Of a stretch of DNA of 32,000 nt, positions 1-8,696 are shown piece by piece (position 1 is the first letter of the stretch; each line of letters begins with the position of its first letter). Position numbers and translations under genes: made by a program. The stretch covers positions 835,656-867,655 of the forward strand of contig NZ_AP014815.1 in the NCBI RefSeq assembly GCF_001548095.1. The letters run 5' to 3'. This DNA is from Geminocystis sp. NIES-3708. GTDB taxonomy: Bacteria > Cyanobacteriota > Cyanobacteriia > Cyanobacteriales > Cyanobacteriaceae. The notes beneath the pieces were generated by a model, which searched no databases, had not been told where the DNA came from, and saw nothing but the letters and a program-made list of their open reading frames with translations.

Positions 1-433
1 CTTCTGTTAAACCAACCATGGCTAAATGTTCTTCGACAAGAGCTAGTTTTTCTTGTTGATTTTTGTGAGGAAAAACAGCATTAACAGCAAGATAAACGTT
101 ATCAAAAGCAGTTTTCCATGGCAATAAACAGTAATTTTGAAAAACCATCATGCGATCAGGACCTGGTTCTGCGATAATTTTGTTTTTAAGTTTGACTGTA
201 CCTGTGGTAGGCTGATTAAACCCTGAAATCATGTTTAAAAGAGTAGATTTACCACAACCAGAATGACCGATAATACAAACAAATTCGCCTTCTTTAACAG
301 TTAAATTAACATCGTCTAAAACAGTATAATCACCATTAGCTGTGGCATAGACTTTAGAGACTTGATCAACCGTTAAAAAAGCGGTTTTTTCGAGGGTAGA
401 AATATTATTTTCAGTATTCATTAAACTTTGCAT
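1..433 (-). CDS. nrtD: Nitrate/nitrite ABC transporter ATP-binding protein NrtD, N-terminal part (gene runs off the left edge)
   Basis: My own reverse-strand translation from ATG (complement of 431-433) reads MQSLMNTENNISTLEKTAFLTVDQVSKVYATANGDYTVLDDVNLTVKEGEFVCIIGHSGCGKSTLLNMISGFNQPTTG...PGPDRMMVFQNYCLLPW. It has a Walker A motif (GHSGCGKST), is clearly paralogous to the NrtC N-terminus in this window, and sits last in the nrtA-B-C-D order. Confidence 0.85.
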   Translation of the reverse strand, partial: MQSLMNTENNISTLEKTAFLTVDQVSKVYATANGDYTVLDDVNLTVKEGEFVCIIGHSGCGKSTLLNMISGFNQPTTGTVKLKNKIIAEPGPDRMMVFQNYCLLPWKTAFDNVYLAVNAVFPHKNQQEKLALVEEHLAMVGLTE

Positions 434-531
434 AATAATCAATGAGGAATTTTTAGGGATGAATGATATTCACCGAAGGAATTGAGAATGGAAAAAGATA
501 AATTTTCGAGTTTTGTTGTGTATTAATCTAT

Positions 532-2532
532 TTACTTTGTGGTTAAATGATCAATTAATATTTCTGATACTTTATAATCACGACGGATAGTGAATCTTTC
601 TAAGTAACCAATAGGATCATCAGGATTAAAAACCATTTTGTCAAATAGTTGAAAACTATGACGATCAGGTTCAACATCAGAAAAACCTAACTGCCGACAA
701 GCTTCACCGAATAAATCAGGACGGCGCACTCTTTCTAAAATTTCCACCCAATTACGAGGAAAAGGAGTATAACCCCATCGTGCTAATTGAGTTAAAATCC
801 ATAATCCTTCTACTCTGCCAGGAGAATTGGCTTGATCTACATAAAATTGATTAAACCTCAATAAAGATTCGGTTTTTGTGCCATAGTTATAAGGATCGAC
901 AAAACCGGGACGAATATATTCAGCTGGCATATTGAGATATTCTGAACGAGTAAGTAATTCTACTATTTCTTCTCGGTTACGACGATCATCACAATATTCA
1001 CAAGCCTCAATCAATGCTTTCACAAGTGCAAGATGACTTTCAGGATGTTTTTCTACCCAGTCTTCTCTTACTCCTAAAACTTTTTCAGGATGTCCAGACC
1101 AAATATCTAAGTCTGTAGCAATAACAAAACCAATATCCTCTTTTACGGCACGGGAATTCCACGGTTCACCGACACAGTAACCATCAATATTATTTGCCTT
1201 CAGATTGGCTATCATTTGCGGGGGCGGAATTACGGTTAAACTAACGTCTTGATCAGGATCAATACCTCCTGATGCTAACCAGTAGCGTAACAATAAATTG
1301 TGCATTGATGAAGGGTGTACAATGCCAAAGGTATGAACTTTATCAGGAGTTTGGGCGATCGCTTCTTTTAATTCCTGAAGATTTGTAACCCCCATTTCTT
1401 GAAATTCTTTTGCCAAAGTAATAGCGTTGCCATTACGACTAAGAACCATTGAAGTAATCATCGGAATAGAAGGCTTACCTCCTGCTCCCAAAGTCATGCT
1501 TAAAGGCATTCCTGCCACCATTTGTGCGGCATCTAAGCGTCCTTCAGCAATACCTCTTGCTAATTCTTGCCATGAAGGTTCACGAATTAAGTTTACCTGT
1601 TCTAGTCCATGATTGGCAAAAAATCCTTTTTCTTTAGCAACGATTAAGGGCGCACAATCAGTTAAGGGGATAAAACCAATATCGAGGTTGATTTTTTCTA
1701 AACCATTCCCTGCAATAACTTCTTTGTTGGGGATAACCACACCAACTTTTTTTGATCGCTTCTGTTGATTGAGAAAGTAAACCATTTCGTTACGGAGAGT
1801 ATAATAACTAGGGTGATTTACCACTTCTAACCGTTGTCTTGGGCGGGGGATAGGTACTTCTAATATTTGCCCAATATGAGCCTCTGGACCTGTGGTTAAC
1901 ATGACGATGCGATCAGACAAAAGTAAAGCTTCATCTACATCATGAGTGACCATTATACAAGTAACATTATTTTCTTGAACAATGCGCATCAAACTTTCCT
2001 GTAAATTACCTCTAGTTAGAGCATCCAACGCTCCAAAAGGTTCATCTAATAGTAAGACTTTCGGCTTAGTTGATAAAGCACGAGCGATGGCTACCCTTTG
2101 TTTCATGCCTCCAGAAAGTTCTCCCGGACGCTTATGAGCAGCGTGTTTTAAGCCCACCATATGAATATTTTCTTCAACAATAGCCTTTCTTTCTGCTTCA
2201 GGAAAATGACGCATCACACGGTTAACGGCAAGCGCTATATTTTGTCGTACTGTCAACCAAGGTAATAAAGAATAGTTTTGAAATACTACCATGCGATCAG
2301 GCCCAGGTTCAGTAATTTCTCGTCCCTCAAGAATAACACCGCCATGAGTCGCATTAGATAAACCAGCAACCATATTTAGAAGTGTGGACTTACCACAACC
2401 AGAATGCCCAATTAAGGAAATAAATTCACCTTTTTCAATAGTCAAATTAATATTTCTTAAGGCGATATATTCACCCCCATTAGGGAGGGGAAAAATCTTA
2501 TCAACGTGATCAATTTCAATAAAACTTTGCAT
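532..2532 (-). CDS. nrtC: Nitrate/nitrite ABC transporter ATP-binding protein NrtC (ATPase domain plus C-terminal NrtA-like regulatory domain)
   Basis: 666-aa ORF with Walker A GHSGCGKST, signature LSGGMKQR and Walker B LLLDEPFGALD. The C-terminal ~380 aa are paralogous to NrtA in the same window (FIPLTDCAPLIVAKEKGFF vs FIALTDSAPLIIAKEKGFF; CVGEPWN in both). This is the hallmark two-domain NrtC. Confidence 0.9.
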   Translation of the reverse strand: MQSFIEIDHVDKIFPLPNGGEYIALRNINLTIEKGEFISLIGHSGCGKSTLLNMVAGLSNATHGGVILEGREITEPGPDRMVVFQNYSLLPWLTVRQNIALAVNRVMRHFPEAERKAIVEENIHMVGLKHAAHKRPGELSGGMKQRVAIARALSTKPKVLLLDEPFGALDALTRGNLQESLMRIVQENNVTCIMVTHDVDEALLLSDRIVMLTTGPEAHIGQILEVPIPRPRQRLEVVNHPSYYTLRNEMVYFLNQQKRSKKVGVVIPNKEVIAGNGLEKINLDIGFIPLTDCAPLIVAKEKGFFANHGLEQVNLIREPSWQELARGIAEGRLDAAQMVAGMPLSMTLGAGGKPSIPMITSMVLSRNGNAITLAKEFQEMGVTNLQELKEAIAQTPDKVHTFGIVHPSSMHNLLLRYWLASGGIDPDQDVSLTVIPPPQMIANLKANNIDGYCVGEPWNSRAVKEDIGFVIATDLDIWSGHPEKVLGVREDWVEKHPESHLALVKALIEACEYCDDRRNREEIVELLTRSEYLNMPAEYIRPGFVDPYNYGTKTESLLRFNQFYVDQANSPGRVEGLWILTQLARWGYTPFPRNWVEILERVRRPDLFGEACRQLGFSDVEPDRHSFQLFDKMVFNPDDPIGYLERFTIRRDYKVSEILIDHLTTK
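1355..1362. repeat. HIP1 octamer GCGATCGC
   Basis: Exact match, inside nrtC. Confidence 0.95.
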
Positions 2533-2644
2533 AATAAATAATGAGGAATAAATAACTTTGTCAGCTTTACAAATATGGCATATTGCCTATGTATCAAAAC
2601 TATACAGGCGTAAGATACTACGCCTTTAGCAACTATCAATGAAC

Positions 2645-3481
2645 TTATTTTGGCTCTTGTGGAACGACTAAAGTACCAATAAAACCAACTACTCTATCTA
2701 GTAATAAACCGATGATACCCACATAGAATAAAGCAATAATAATTTGGCTCATTTCTGAGCTGTTATAAGCATCCCAAATAAAGAAACCAATACCAACACC
2801 ACCTACTAACATTTCAGCGGCAATAATTGCTAACCAAGATAAACCAATACCTATTTTTAAACCTGTGAAAATATAAGGAACAGTGGAAGGGAATAAGATA
2901 TTAAAAAAGTATTCAATTTTTGATAATTTAAGTACTCTAGAAACGTTATTATAGTCTTGTGGTATTTGTTGTACACCTACAGTGGTATTAATGATAATAG
3001 GCCAAATAGCTGTAATAAAAATAACGAAAATTGCGGAAGGATCAGCCTGTCTTAAAGCCGCTAGAGAAATAGGTAACCATGCTAAAGGTGGAATAGTTCT
3101 TAGTACCTGAAAAATCGGATCTAGAGCAGAATAAATAACACGATTTGCACCAATTAAAATTCCTAATGCAATACCAACTACCGTCGCTAAGGAAAATCCA
3201 ATGGCAACTCTTTTTAAACTAGCTAAAAGTTGCCAAAATAAACCAACATCCGTACCACCATTATGAAAAAAAGGATTGATGATGTAAGGATCCCATGTTT
3301 CTTTAATTACAGTTGTCGGAGAAGGTAAGTTAGGATTTTCTCCTGAAGATAAAATTTGCCAAATTGCTAATAATACGAACAAAGCAATGAGAGGAGCAAT
3401 TATTTTTCTCGTATTTTGAGAATAAAAAATAGAGTTAAAAAAATTACTACTTGTTGATGTTTTTTGAGTTCTTGAGATCAT
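2645..3481 (-). CDS. nrtB: Nitrate/nitrite ABC transporter permease NrtB
   Basis: 278-aa polytopic membrane ORF located between nrtA and nrtC on the same strand. It has the typical ABC type-I permease size and hydrophobicity pattern. Confidence 0.88.
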   Translation of the reverse strand: MISRTQKTSTSSNFFNSIFYSQNTRKIIAPLIALFVLLAIWQILSSGENPNLPSPTTVIKETWDPYIINPFFHNGGTDVGLFWQLLASLKRVAIGFSLATVVGIALGILIGANRVIYSALDPIFQVLRTIPPLAWLPISLAALRQADPSAIFVIFITAIWPIIINTTVGVQQIPQDYNNVSRVLKLSKIEYFFNILFPSTVPYIFTGLKIGIGLSWLAIIAAEMLVGGVGIGFFIWDAYNSSEMSQIIIALFYVGIIGLLLDRVVGFIGTLVVPQEPK

Positions 3482-3570
3482 AGTTTTAATTGATAATCAA
3501 TAGTTGATCGTTAATAATTGATAAGTGAAAATAATTTGTGAGAAATTCGTTAATTTAGCATCAAAATTGA

Positions 3571-3610
3571 ATTGTTATTGTTGATTGTTAATTGTTCATT
3601 ATTAATTGTG
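3571..3610. repeat. Degenerate tandem array of ATTGTT(N) units (about 6 units) directly abutting the nrtA stop codon
   Basis: The sequence reads attgtt attgtt gattgtt aattgtt cattatt aattgtg. The array ends 1 nt before the nrtA stop (complement of 3611-3613). Confidence 0.7.
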
Positions 3611-4924
3611 TTAGGTTTTTTTAATTTTTAATCCGTCTAAATAGGCTTGAGGATTTTCAGGATCAAATTTTGTGCCATCAAAAAAAGTTTCAACTCCACG
3701 AGAAGTACTCGTTGGAATTTCAGCATCACTTACTTTTAAAGCTTTTGCGGCTTCTTTCCATAAATCTTCACGATTAACTTGGTCAACCAGTGATTTAGTA
3801 TCAGTATCAGCAGGAATATAACCCCAACGAATATCTTCAGTTAAAAACCACAAATCATGACTTTTGAAAGGATAAGAAGCGTTATCTCTCCAGAATTTCA
3901 TTGCTTGAGGGAAGTTATTTTCTACCCTACCATTACCAAAATCAATATTACCCTTAGAACGTTCTACAATATCTTCAAAAGGTACTTTAAACCATTTATC
4001 TTGAGAAACAATTTTACACATTTCTTCAATATTCTCAGGCTTATCACACCATTGTTGAGCTTCTAACACTGCCATTAATAATGCTTTCGCCGCTTTTGGA
4101 TTAGCGTCAACCCAATCTTTGCGTAAACTGAAGGCTTTTTCTGGATGATCTTTCCATAATTCACCAGTAACTAAGGCACTATAACCGATTCCTTGATTAA
4201 TTAATTGGGCATTCCAAGGTTCCCCTACACAGAAAGCCTCCATGTTACCTACTTTCATATTCGCTACCATTTGAGGTGGAGGCACAGGAACGACTGAAAC
4301 ATCTGTATCAGGGTTAATTCCTCCTGCGGCTAACCAGTAACGCATCCATAAATCGTGAGTACCACCGGGAAAAGTTATGGCAAATTTGGATTCCTTATTA
4401 ACTTTTGCTTTTATAACTGAACTATCTAGTCCTACCTTGGCATCTTTATAGGCATTGCTGATAGAAATTGCCTGTCCGTTAGTATTTAACCGTGCCAAGA
4501 GATACATCGGTAAAGGTTGTTTTGTTTTTGTGATTGTACCTAATGTCATCAAATAAGGCATAGGAGAAAGGATGTGTGCACCATCAATACCACCACCAGC
4601 TGATCCCAATTCAATATTATCTCTAGTTACAGGCCATGATGCTTGTTTTAATACTTCTACTCCCGTCATTCCATATTTATCAAAAAAGCCTTTCTCTTTA
4701 GCAATAATTAAAGGTGCAGAGTCTGTTAAGGCGATAAAACCAAGTTTAGCAGTTGTTACTTCGGGGGCATCTCCAGAGGTAGGTGCAGTATTTGTAGGAG
4801 TTGTAGGGCTAGTTTCTGTGGTGGCTTGTTGATTACCTCCATTAGCACAACCATGTAAAATTGCAGTGCCGACAGCAGTTACTCCGGCGGTGAATATAAA
4901 TTTACGTCTGGATAATTGGGACAT
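3611..4924 (-). CDS. nrtA: Nitrate/nitrite ABC transporter substrate-binding lipoprotein NrtA
   Basis: 437-aa ORF. The N-terminus MSQLSRRKFIFTAGVTAVGTAILHGC combines a twin-arginine-type signal with a lipobox Cys, followed by a Thr/Pro-rich linker. Motifs GFIALTDSAPLIIAKEKGFF, THDLWMRYWLAAGGINPD and CVGEPWN match my recollection of NrtA rather than CmpA. Confidence 0.85.
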   Translation of the reverse strand: MSQLSRRKFIFTAGVTAVGTAILHGCANGGNQQATTETSPTTPTNTAPTSGDAPEVTTAKLGFIALTDSAPLIIAKEKGFFDKYGMTGVEVLKQASWPVTRDNIELGSAGGGIDGAHILSPMPYLMTLGTITKTKQPLPMYLLARLNTNGQAISISNAYKDAKVGLDSSVIKAKVNKESKFAITFPGGTHDLWMRYWLAAGGINPDTDVSVVPVPPPQMVANMKVGNMEAFCVGEPWNAQLINQGIGYSALVTGELWKDHPEKAFSLRKDWVDANPKAAKALLMAVLEAQQWCDKPENIEEMCKIVSQDKWFKVPFEDIVERSKGNIDFGNGRVENNFPQAMKFWRDNASYPFKSHDLWFLTEDIRWGYIPADTDTKSLVDQVNREDLWKEAAKALKVSDAEIPTSTSRGVETFFDGTKFDPENPQAYLDGLKIKKT

Positions 4925-5003
4925 AGATTAATTGGTTTTTTAATGTTTTTGAATATTTGTTAAGTTTGATGTACATATTTAAAACGTTTACTATGGTTCG
5001 ATT

Positions 5004-5019
5004 TGTATGTTTCGTCACA
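5004..5019 (-). promoter_or_regulatory. Candidate NtcA-type operator upstream of nrtA (imperfect)
   Basis: The plus strand reads TGTA-TGTTTCGT-CACA and the minus strand TGTG-N8-TACA. This satisfies the minimal GT-N10-AC and one perfect TGTA half-site. It is the only such match in the 245-nt nrtA upstream region. About 23 nt downstream on the minus strand lies an AT-rich TAAATAT stretch that only weakly resembles a -10 box. Confidence 0.3.
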
Positions 5020-5169
5020 AAAATTCTTAAATTTGCAAAAAATACATTGAAAAGATTTATATTGTGCATTTTCAGCGAAATTATAAAACAATTAGTTCTT
5101 TTGGTGAGGATTAATGCTGATGGCTAATAGCGACTTTAACCAATAATTTTGTATTTTATAAAGATAAGA

Positions 5170-6225
5170 TTAAGATACATAACTGATCCAGATTAATACT
5201 AATATTGTTAAACCAAAAGTAAAAATTTGAAACCCTAAAAGCAGATGATCAAGTTGAGTAATTCGGGAATAATTTTCAGGATTGTCTTCTTTAACCCATT
5301 CCGCAGTTATAATCGCTTCTATGATAGATATAAAAATTAGAATATAAGTGATAACATAAATCTTATCAAGAAGAACGAGATAACCAACCTCAGGCAAAGA
5401 AGCAGAATAGCTTTGTTGAAGAAAAACAGCAGTTAATAAAGCTGTTACGGGTAAAGTAATTCGAGAGTCTATATTTTCGGGATTTAGTAATAAAGCTCCC
5501 CAACCTGTGGCAATCACAATAACAAGGGGTAAGAATAGTTTCCAAAGAAAAAAGCTGACGGGGCGAGATATATTTAATGAATATTGCAAAATAGAATTTT
5601 TAGTAGAATCGGTGAAGCGTGTATCGCCAAAATTAGTTTGATATTGACGAACCAAACTCAATAATTCAAAATCTTCAATTTTCCATCCTGGAAGGTTTAG
5701 GCTATCAGAATATCCAGATTGTTTTTGATCAGCAACATAAACTAATTGCTCTAGAGTATAAACTGAATTTTCTAATAAAATATCTAATTTTTCTCGATCT
5801 AAGGGATAATTTTCAAAAGATAACGGTTGAGTGAATCTACCTTCTATTCTTAATGCTTGATAAAAACTGCCATCTGGTAATTTCTGTATTTGTTCATAAA
5901 CAGGGACTAATGTTGTTCCCCAATCTTCGACTCCGTTACTAAGTTCTAAATTTTCGATGGGATTAATTTTTCCTTTCCATTTAAACCAAACGTAAAAATC
6001 AGCATAGTAAGTATTACTAGAAGCATTGAGATCATATAAATTTATAATATAAATTCCCGTTTCTACTTGTTGAGCTTGAGATGGAATTTCTTTTAAAGGT
6101 ATTGATTTTTGATAATTATTTGTAGATTTAGGAATACCTAATTGAATAAAGATAATAAATAAAGCAACGCTAACTATATAAATTATAAACTTGAAAGTAC
6201 GAGGATTTATTTTCATTATTTTCAT
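5170..6225 (-). CDS. Prokaryotic pentameric ligand-gated ion channel (Cys-loop superfamily, GLIC/ELIC-like) homologue
   Basis: 351 aa. After an N-terminal signal/anchor comes a ~190-aa beta-rich ectodomain with the family pattern VETGIYIINLYDLNASSNTYYADFYVWFKWKG and the Cys-loop-equivalent YPLDREKLDILLEN (FPFD-like motif, no cysteines). Four TM segments follow. The M2-like RITLPVTALLTAVFLQQ has polar residues at 2' and 6' and Leu at 9', and the M3-M4 loop is short. The start may be Met1 or Met4. Confidence 0.7.
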   Translation of the reverse strand: MKIMKINPRTFKFIIYIVSVALFIIFIQLGIPKSTNNYQKSIPLKEIPSQAQQVETGIYIINLYDLNASSNTYYADFYVWFKWKGKINPIENLELSNGVEDWGTTLVPVYEQIQKLPDGSFYQALRIEGRFTQPLSFENYPLDREKLDILLENSVYTLEQLVYVADQKQSGYSDSLNLPGWKIEDFELLSLVRQYQTNFGDTRFTDSTKNSILQYSLNISRPVSFFLWKLFLPLVIVIATGWGALLLNPENIDSRITLPVTALLTAVFLQQSYSASLPEVGYLVLLDKIYVITYILIFISIIEAIITAEWVKEDNPENYSRITQLDHLLLGFQIFTFGLTILVLIWISYVS

Positions 6226-6323
6226 TCTTTGAGAATGTTATAACTATAACTAAGTAGATAAACAAAGTTATTTACAGTATTTCTTCTTGTAAATAAAATG
6301 ATTTCTAGCTTTTTAATATCTCG

Positions 6324-6349
6324 AAAAAAAAGGAGGCTAAATAGCCCCC
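6324..6349 (-). terminator. Rho-independent terminator of the petC-petA operon
   Basis: The minus-strand RNA reads GGGGGCU-AUUU-AGCCUCC followed by U8 (7-bp stem with one G-U pair, 4-nt loop). It lies about 30 nt downstream of the petA stop. Confidence 0.7.
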
Positions 6350-6377
6350 TAAATCCCAAAATAAGTAGGAAAGAATG

Positions 6378-7358
6378 TTAGAAATACATTCCAGCCTCTT
6401 GTACTTTTTCGATTTGTTTTTTCTTAAGTACTAAGAGAATCTGAGATAACATAATACCAGCGATGAACACTAATAACCATTGAATACGAGCAGGACTTTG
6501 TAAAACTACTTCAGTATCTTTTTGTCCAAAACCACCCACATTTGGATCGTTGGTTAAAGCCTCACCATTAGCTAGTTGTTGCCCTTCGGTAACAATTAAT
6601 TGAGGACCAGCGGGAATTTCAACAGTACTAACATTGCCATCTTCAGCAGTAATAGTTACGGTATAAGCACCGCCTTCAACTTCAGTAACAGCAGTAACAA
6701 TACCAGCAACAGGGGATTTGAATAAATTGTTGTTGCTTAGTACTCCAGTAGGATATATTTGTCCACGTCCTCTGTTAGCCCCTAGATGTACGGAGTATTT
6801 TCCATAGTGAATATTGGGGTTAGTAGCAGGATCAGGAGATAATACGGGGAAAATGATTTCTTCATAACTATCACCGGGTAAAGGACCAACAATCACCCAA
6901 TTATCATGTTCTTGATTGTAACTTTGGAAATAAGCTCCGTTAACTTTTTCTCTTAATTCTTCGGAAATACGATCATCAGGAGCAATTTTAAAGCCATCGG
7001 GTAACATTAATACTGCACCAACGTTTAAACCACCTTTACTGCCGTCACCTAAAACTTGTTGAGCACTATGATCATAAGGAATTTTGACAACTGCTTCAAA
7101 AACGGTATCAGGTAATACGGATTGAGGAATTTCTACTTCAGCGGGTTTAGATGCTAAATGACAGTTGGCACAAACAATGCGTCCAGTGGCTTCACGAGGG
7201 GTTGCTGGTGCGGTTTCTTGCGCCCAAAAAGGGTAAGCATTAGCACTTTGAGGTAATACGATGTCACTAGCAAGGAATAAACAAATACTAGCAATGGCAA
7301 CGAAGATAATTTTATTTATTTTTTGCGCCATATTTGTTAAAAAAGAATGATCTCTCAT
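6378..7358 (-). CDS. petA: Cytochrome f (apocytochrome f precursor)
   Basis: The signal peptide ends ...SANA, followed by the mature N-terminus YPFWAQ. It has the heme motif CANCH and a C-terminal TM anchor. The true start could be the internal Met at MAQKINK (7331). Confidence 0.95.
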   Translation of the reverse strand: MRDHSFLTNMAQKINKIIFVAIASICLFLASDIVLPQSANAYPFWAQETAPATPREATGRIVCANCHLASKPAEVEIPQSVLPDTVFEAVVKIPYDHSAQQVLGDGSKGGLNVGAVLMLPDGFKIAPDDRISEELREKVNGAYFQSYNQEHDNWVIVGPLPGDSYEEIIFPVLSPDPATNPNIHYGKYSVHLGANRGRGQIYPTGVLSNNNLFKSPVAGIVTAVTEVEGGAYTVTITAEDGNVSTVEIPAGPQLIVTEGQQLANGEALTNDPNVGGFGQKDTEVVLQSPARIQWLLVFIAGIMLSQILLVLKKKQIEKVQEAGMYF

Positions 7359-7470
7359 TGATATTTTTTACAGTTATTGAATTTTTAATTACAACGGAAA
7401 TAGAAAATAAAAAATAATGTACAATTGGAACACAATTAATGATTAAAGTTCATTATCAATTATTCATTAT

Positions 7471-8010
7471 TTAAGCCCACCAAGGATTTGAACCGTCACG
7501 GAAATCAGTTTCTTCCCAGTTGGTTAAAATTACTTTATCGTCAGTAACATCAGCATGAACTAATGCTAAAGATAATGGTGCAGGACCACGTACTACTTTC
7601 CCTTCGTTATTATATTGAGAACCATGACAAGGACAAATAAATTTATCTTCGGAGGCATTCCAAGGTACAACACAACCTAAGTGAGTACAAACAGCATTTA
7701 TACCATAAGAAGCAATACTTTTATCTTCGGTGACAACTATATAAGTAGGATCACCTTTTAAGCCTTGAGCCAAAGTGCGATCGCCTGCTTGATGATTAGC
7801 TAAAAATTCACTAGCAACAATATCATTACCAAGTTTATCTTTAGCGGTTAAGCCACCACCAGCACCACCAGAGGATTTAGGAATAAAGTAGCTAACCACA
7901 GGATATAACGCTCCAGCGGCAACTCCCGTAATAGTACCAAATGTCAGTAAGTTCATGAACTGACGACGCCCCATATCAGGAACATCAGCGTTTCCAGAAA
8001 TTTGTGTCAT
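7471..8010 (-). CDS. petC: Cytochrome b6f Rieske iron-sulfur subunit
   Basis: 179 aa with Rieske boxes CTHLGCVV and CPCHGSQY and an N-terminal TM helix. It lies directly upstream of petA on the same strand. Confidence 0.95.
   Translation of the reverse strand: MTQISGNADVPDMGRRQFMNLLTFGTITGVAAGALYPVVSYFIPKSSGGAGGGLTAKDKLGNDIVASEFLANHQAGDRTLAQGLKGDPTYIVVTEDKSIASYGINAVCTHLGCVVPWNASEDKFICPCHGSQYNNEGKVVRGPAPLSLALVHADVTDDKVILTNWEETDFRDGSNPWWA
7777..7784. repeat. HIP1 octamer GCGATCGC
   Basis: Exact match, inside petC. Confidence 0.95.
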
Positions 8011-8239
8011 AACTAAATTAAATTATGTAATTGAATATTTTGGTTATGGTTTTACAATAAACTCAAGAACCTTTATGCTAAACAAGGTTAATAAAAGTCA
8101 TTATCTAATTATTACAAAAAATGAACCTTTTGCAGAATCATTCCATCAATTTAAGAAAGTGGGGAGAACTTTTATCAAAAAACCAATATTTATCATTTTA
8201 TAACCATATAGCTATTGTATCGTTTAATTCAAATTGATT

Positions 8240-8548
8240 ATGACGGGAAAAGAGTTACAAGAATTGATTTTCCATAAATGGGGATGCTCTTATGATGCAC
8301 AAGTATTACGCATTAAAGATAAGATTTATTTTCAAGTAATGTGGAAATATTTAGAACAAGCCTCCTTTCATTTTACTGAAACCGAATATCTTGAGCATTT
8401 AGAAGAAGTTGCTAACTATCTAAGGATTTGGGGAGTTATTGAGCAAGTGCAAAAGGGTATTTTAGAAGCTAAAAATCGCCCTCGTTTAGGTAAAGCTGTT
8501 AGTATTTCCTTAGATTTAGGAGAGCGTACTTCTGAGTGGATAATTTAA
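8240..8548 (+). CDS. Conserved cyanobacterial/plastid-lineage protein, DUF3067-like
   Basis: The ORF is MTGKELQELIFHKWGCSYDAQVLRIKDKIYFQVMWKYLEQASF..., which I recognise as the DUF3067 pattern. The track start at 8234 is a TTG, so the ATG at 8240 is more likely. Confidence 0.7.
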   Translation: MTGKELQELIFHKWGCSYDAQVLRIKDKIYFQVMWKYLEQASFHFTETEYLEHLEEVANYLRIWGVIEQVQKGILEAKNRPRLGKAVSISLDLGERTSEWII

Positions 8549-8696
8549 AAGCTCAAAACAAAAGTTATTCTTGAGTGTAGAAGTTGTTAAGATAAGATCA
8601 ACTGGAGTTGATAAACATTTATCTCAAATTCAGTGATTTTACTTAGAAAAAATGATATGGTAAAAAATCTCTAATTAATAATCACCTCAGAAATTT

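Noticed and set aside
532-4924. Alternative reading of the ABC operon as the bicarbonate transporter cmpABCD, which is paralogous to nrtABCD and shares the two-domain CmpC/NrtC layout.
   Set aside because: The substrate-binding protein motifs (THDLWMRYWLAAGG, FCVGEPWN) match my recollection of NrtA rather than CmpA. This should still be confirmed by alignment of the ligand-binding residues, so some uncertainty is kept in the confidence values.
7484-7494. GGATTTGAACC, the reverse complement of the tRNA T-loop consensus GGTTCAAATCC, suggesting a minus-strand tRNA.
   Set aside because: Flanking bases cannot form a T-stem (GACGG vs CCTTG) or an acceptor stem. The sequence encodes the conserved C-terminus (SNPWWA) of the Rieske protein.
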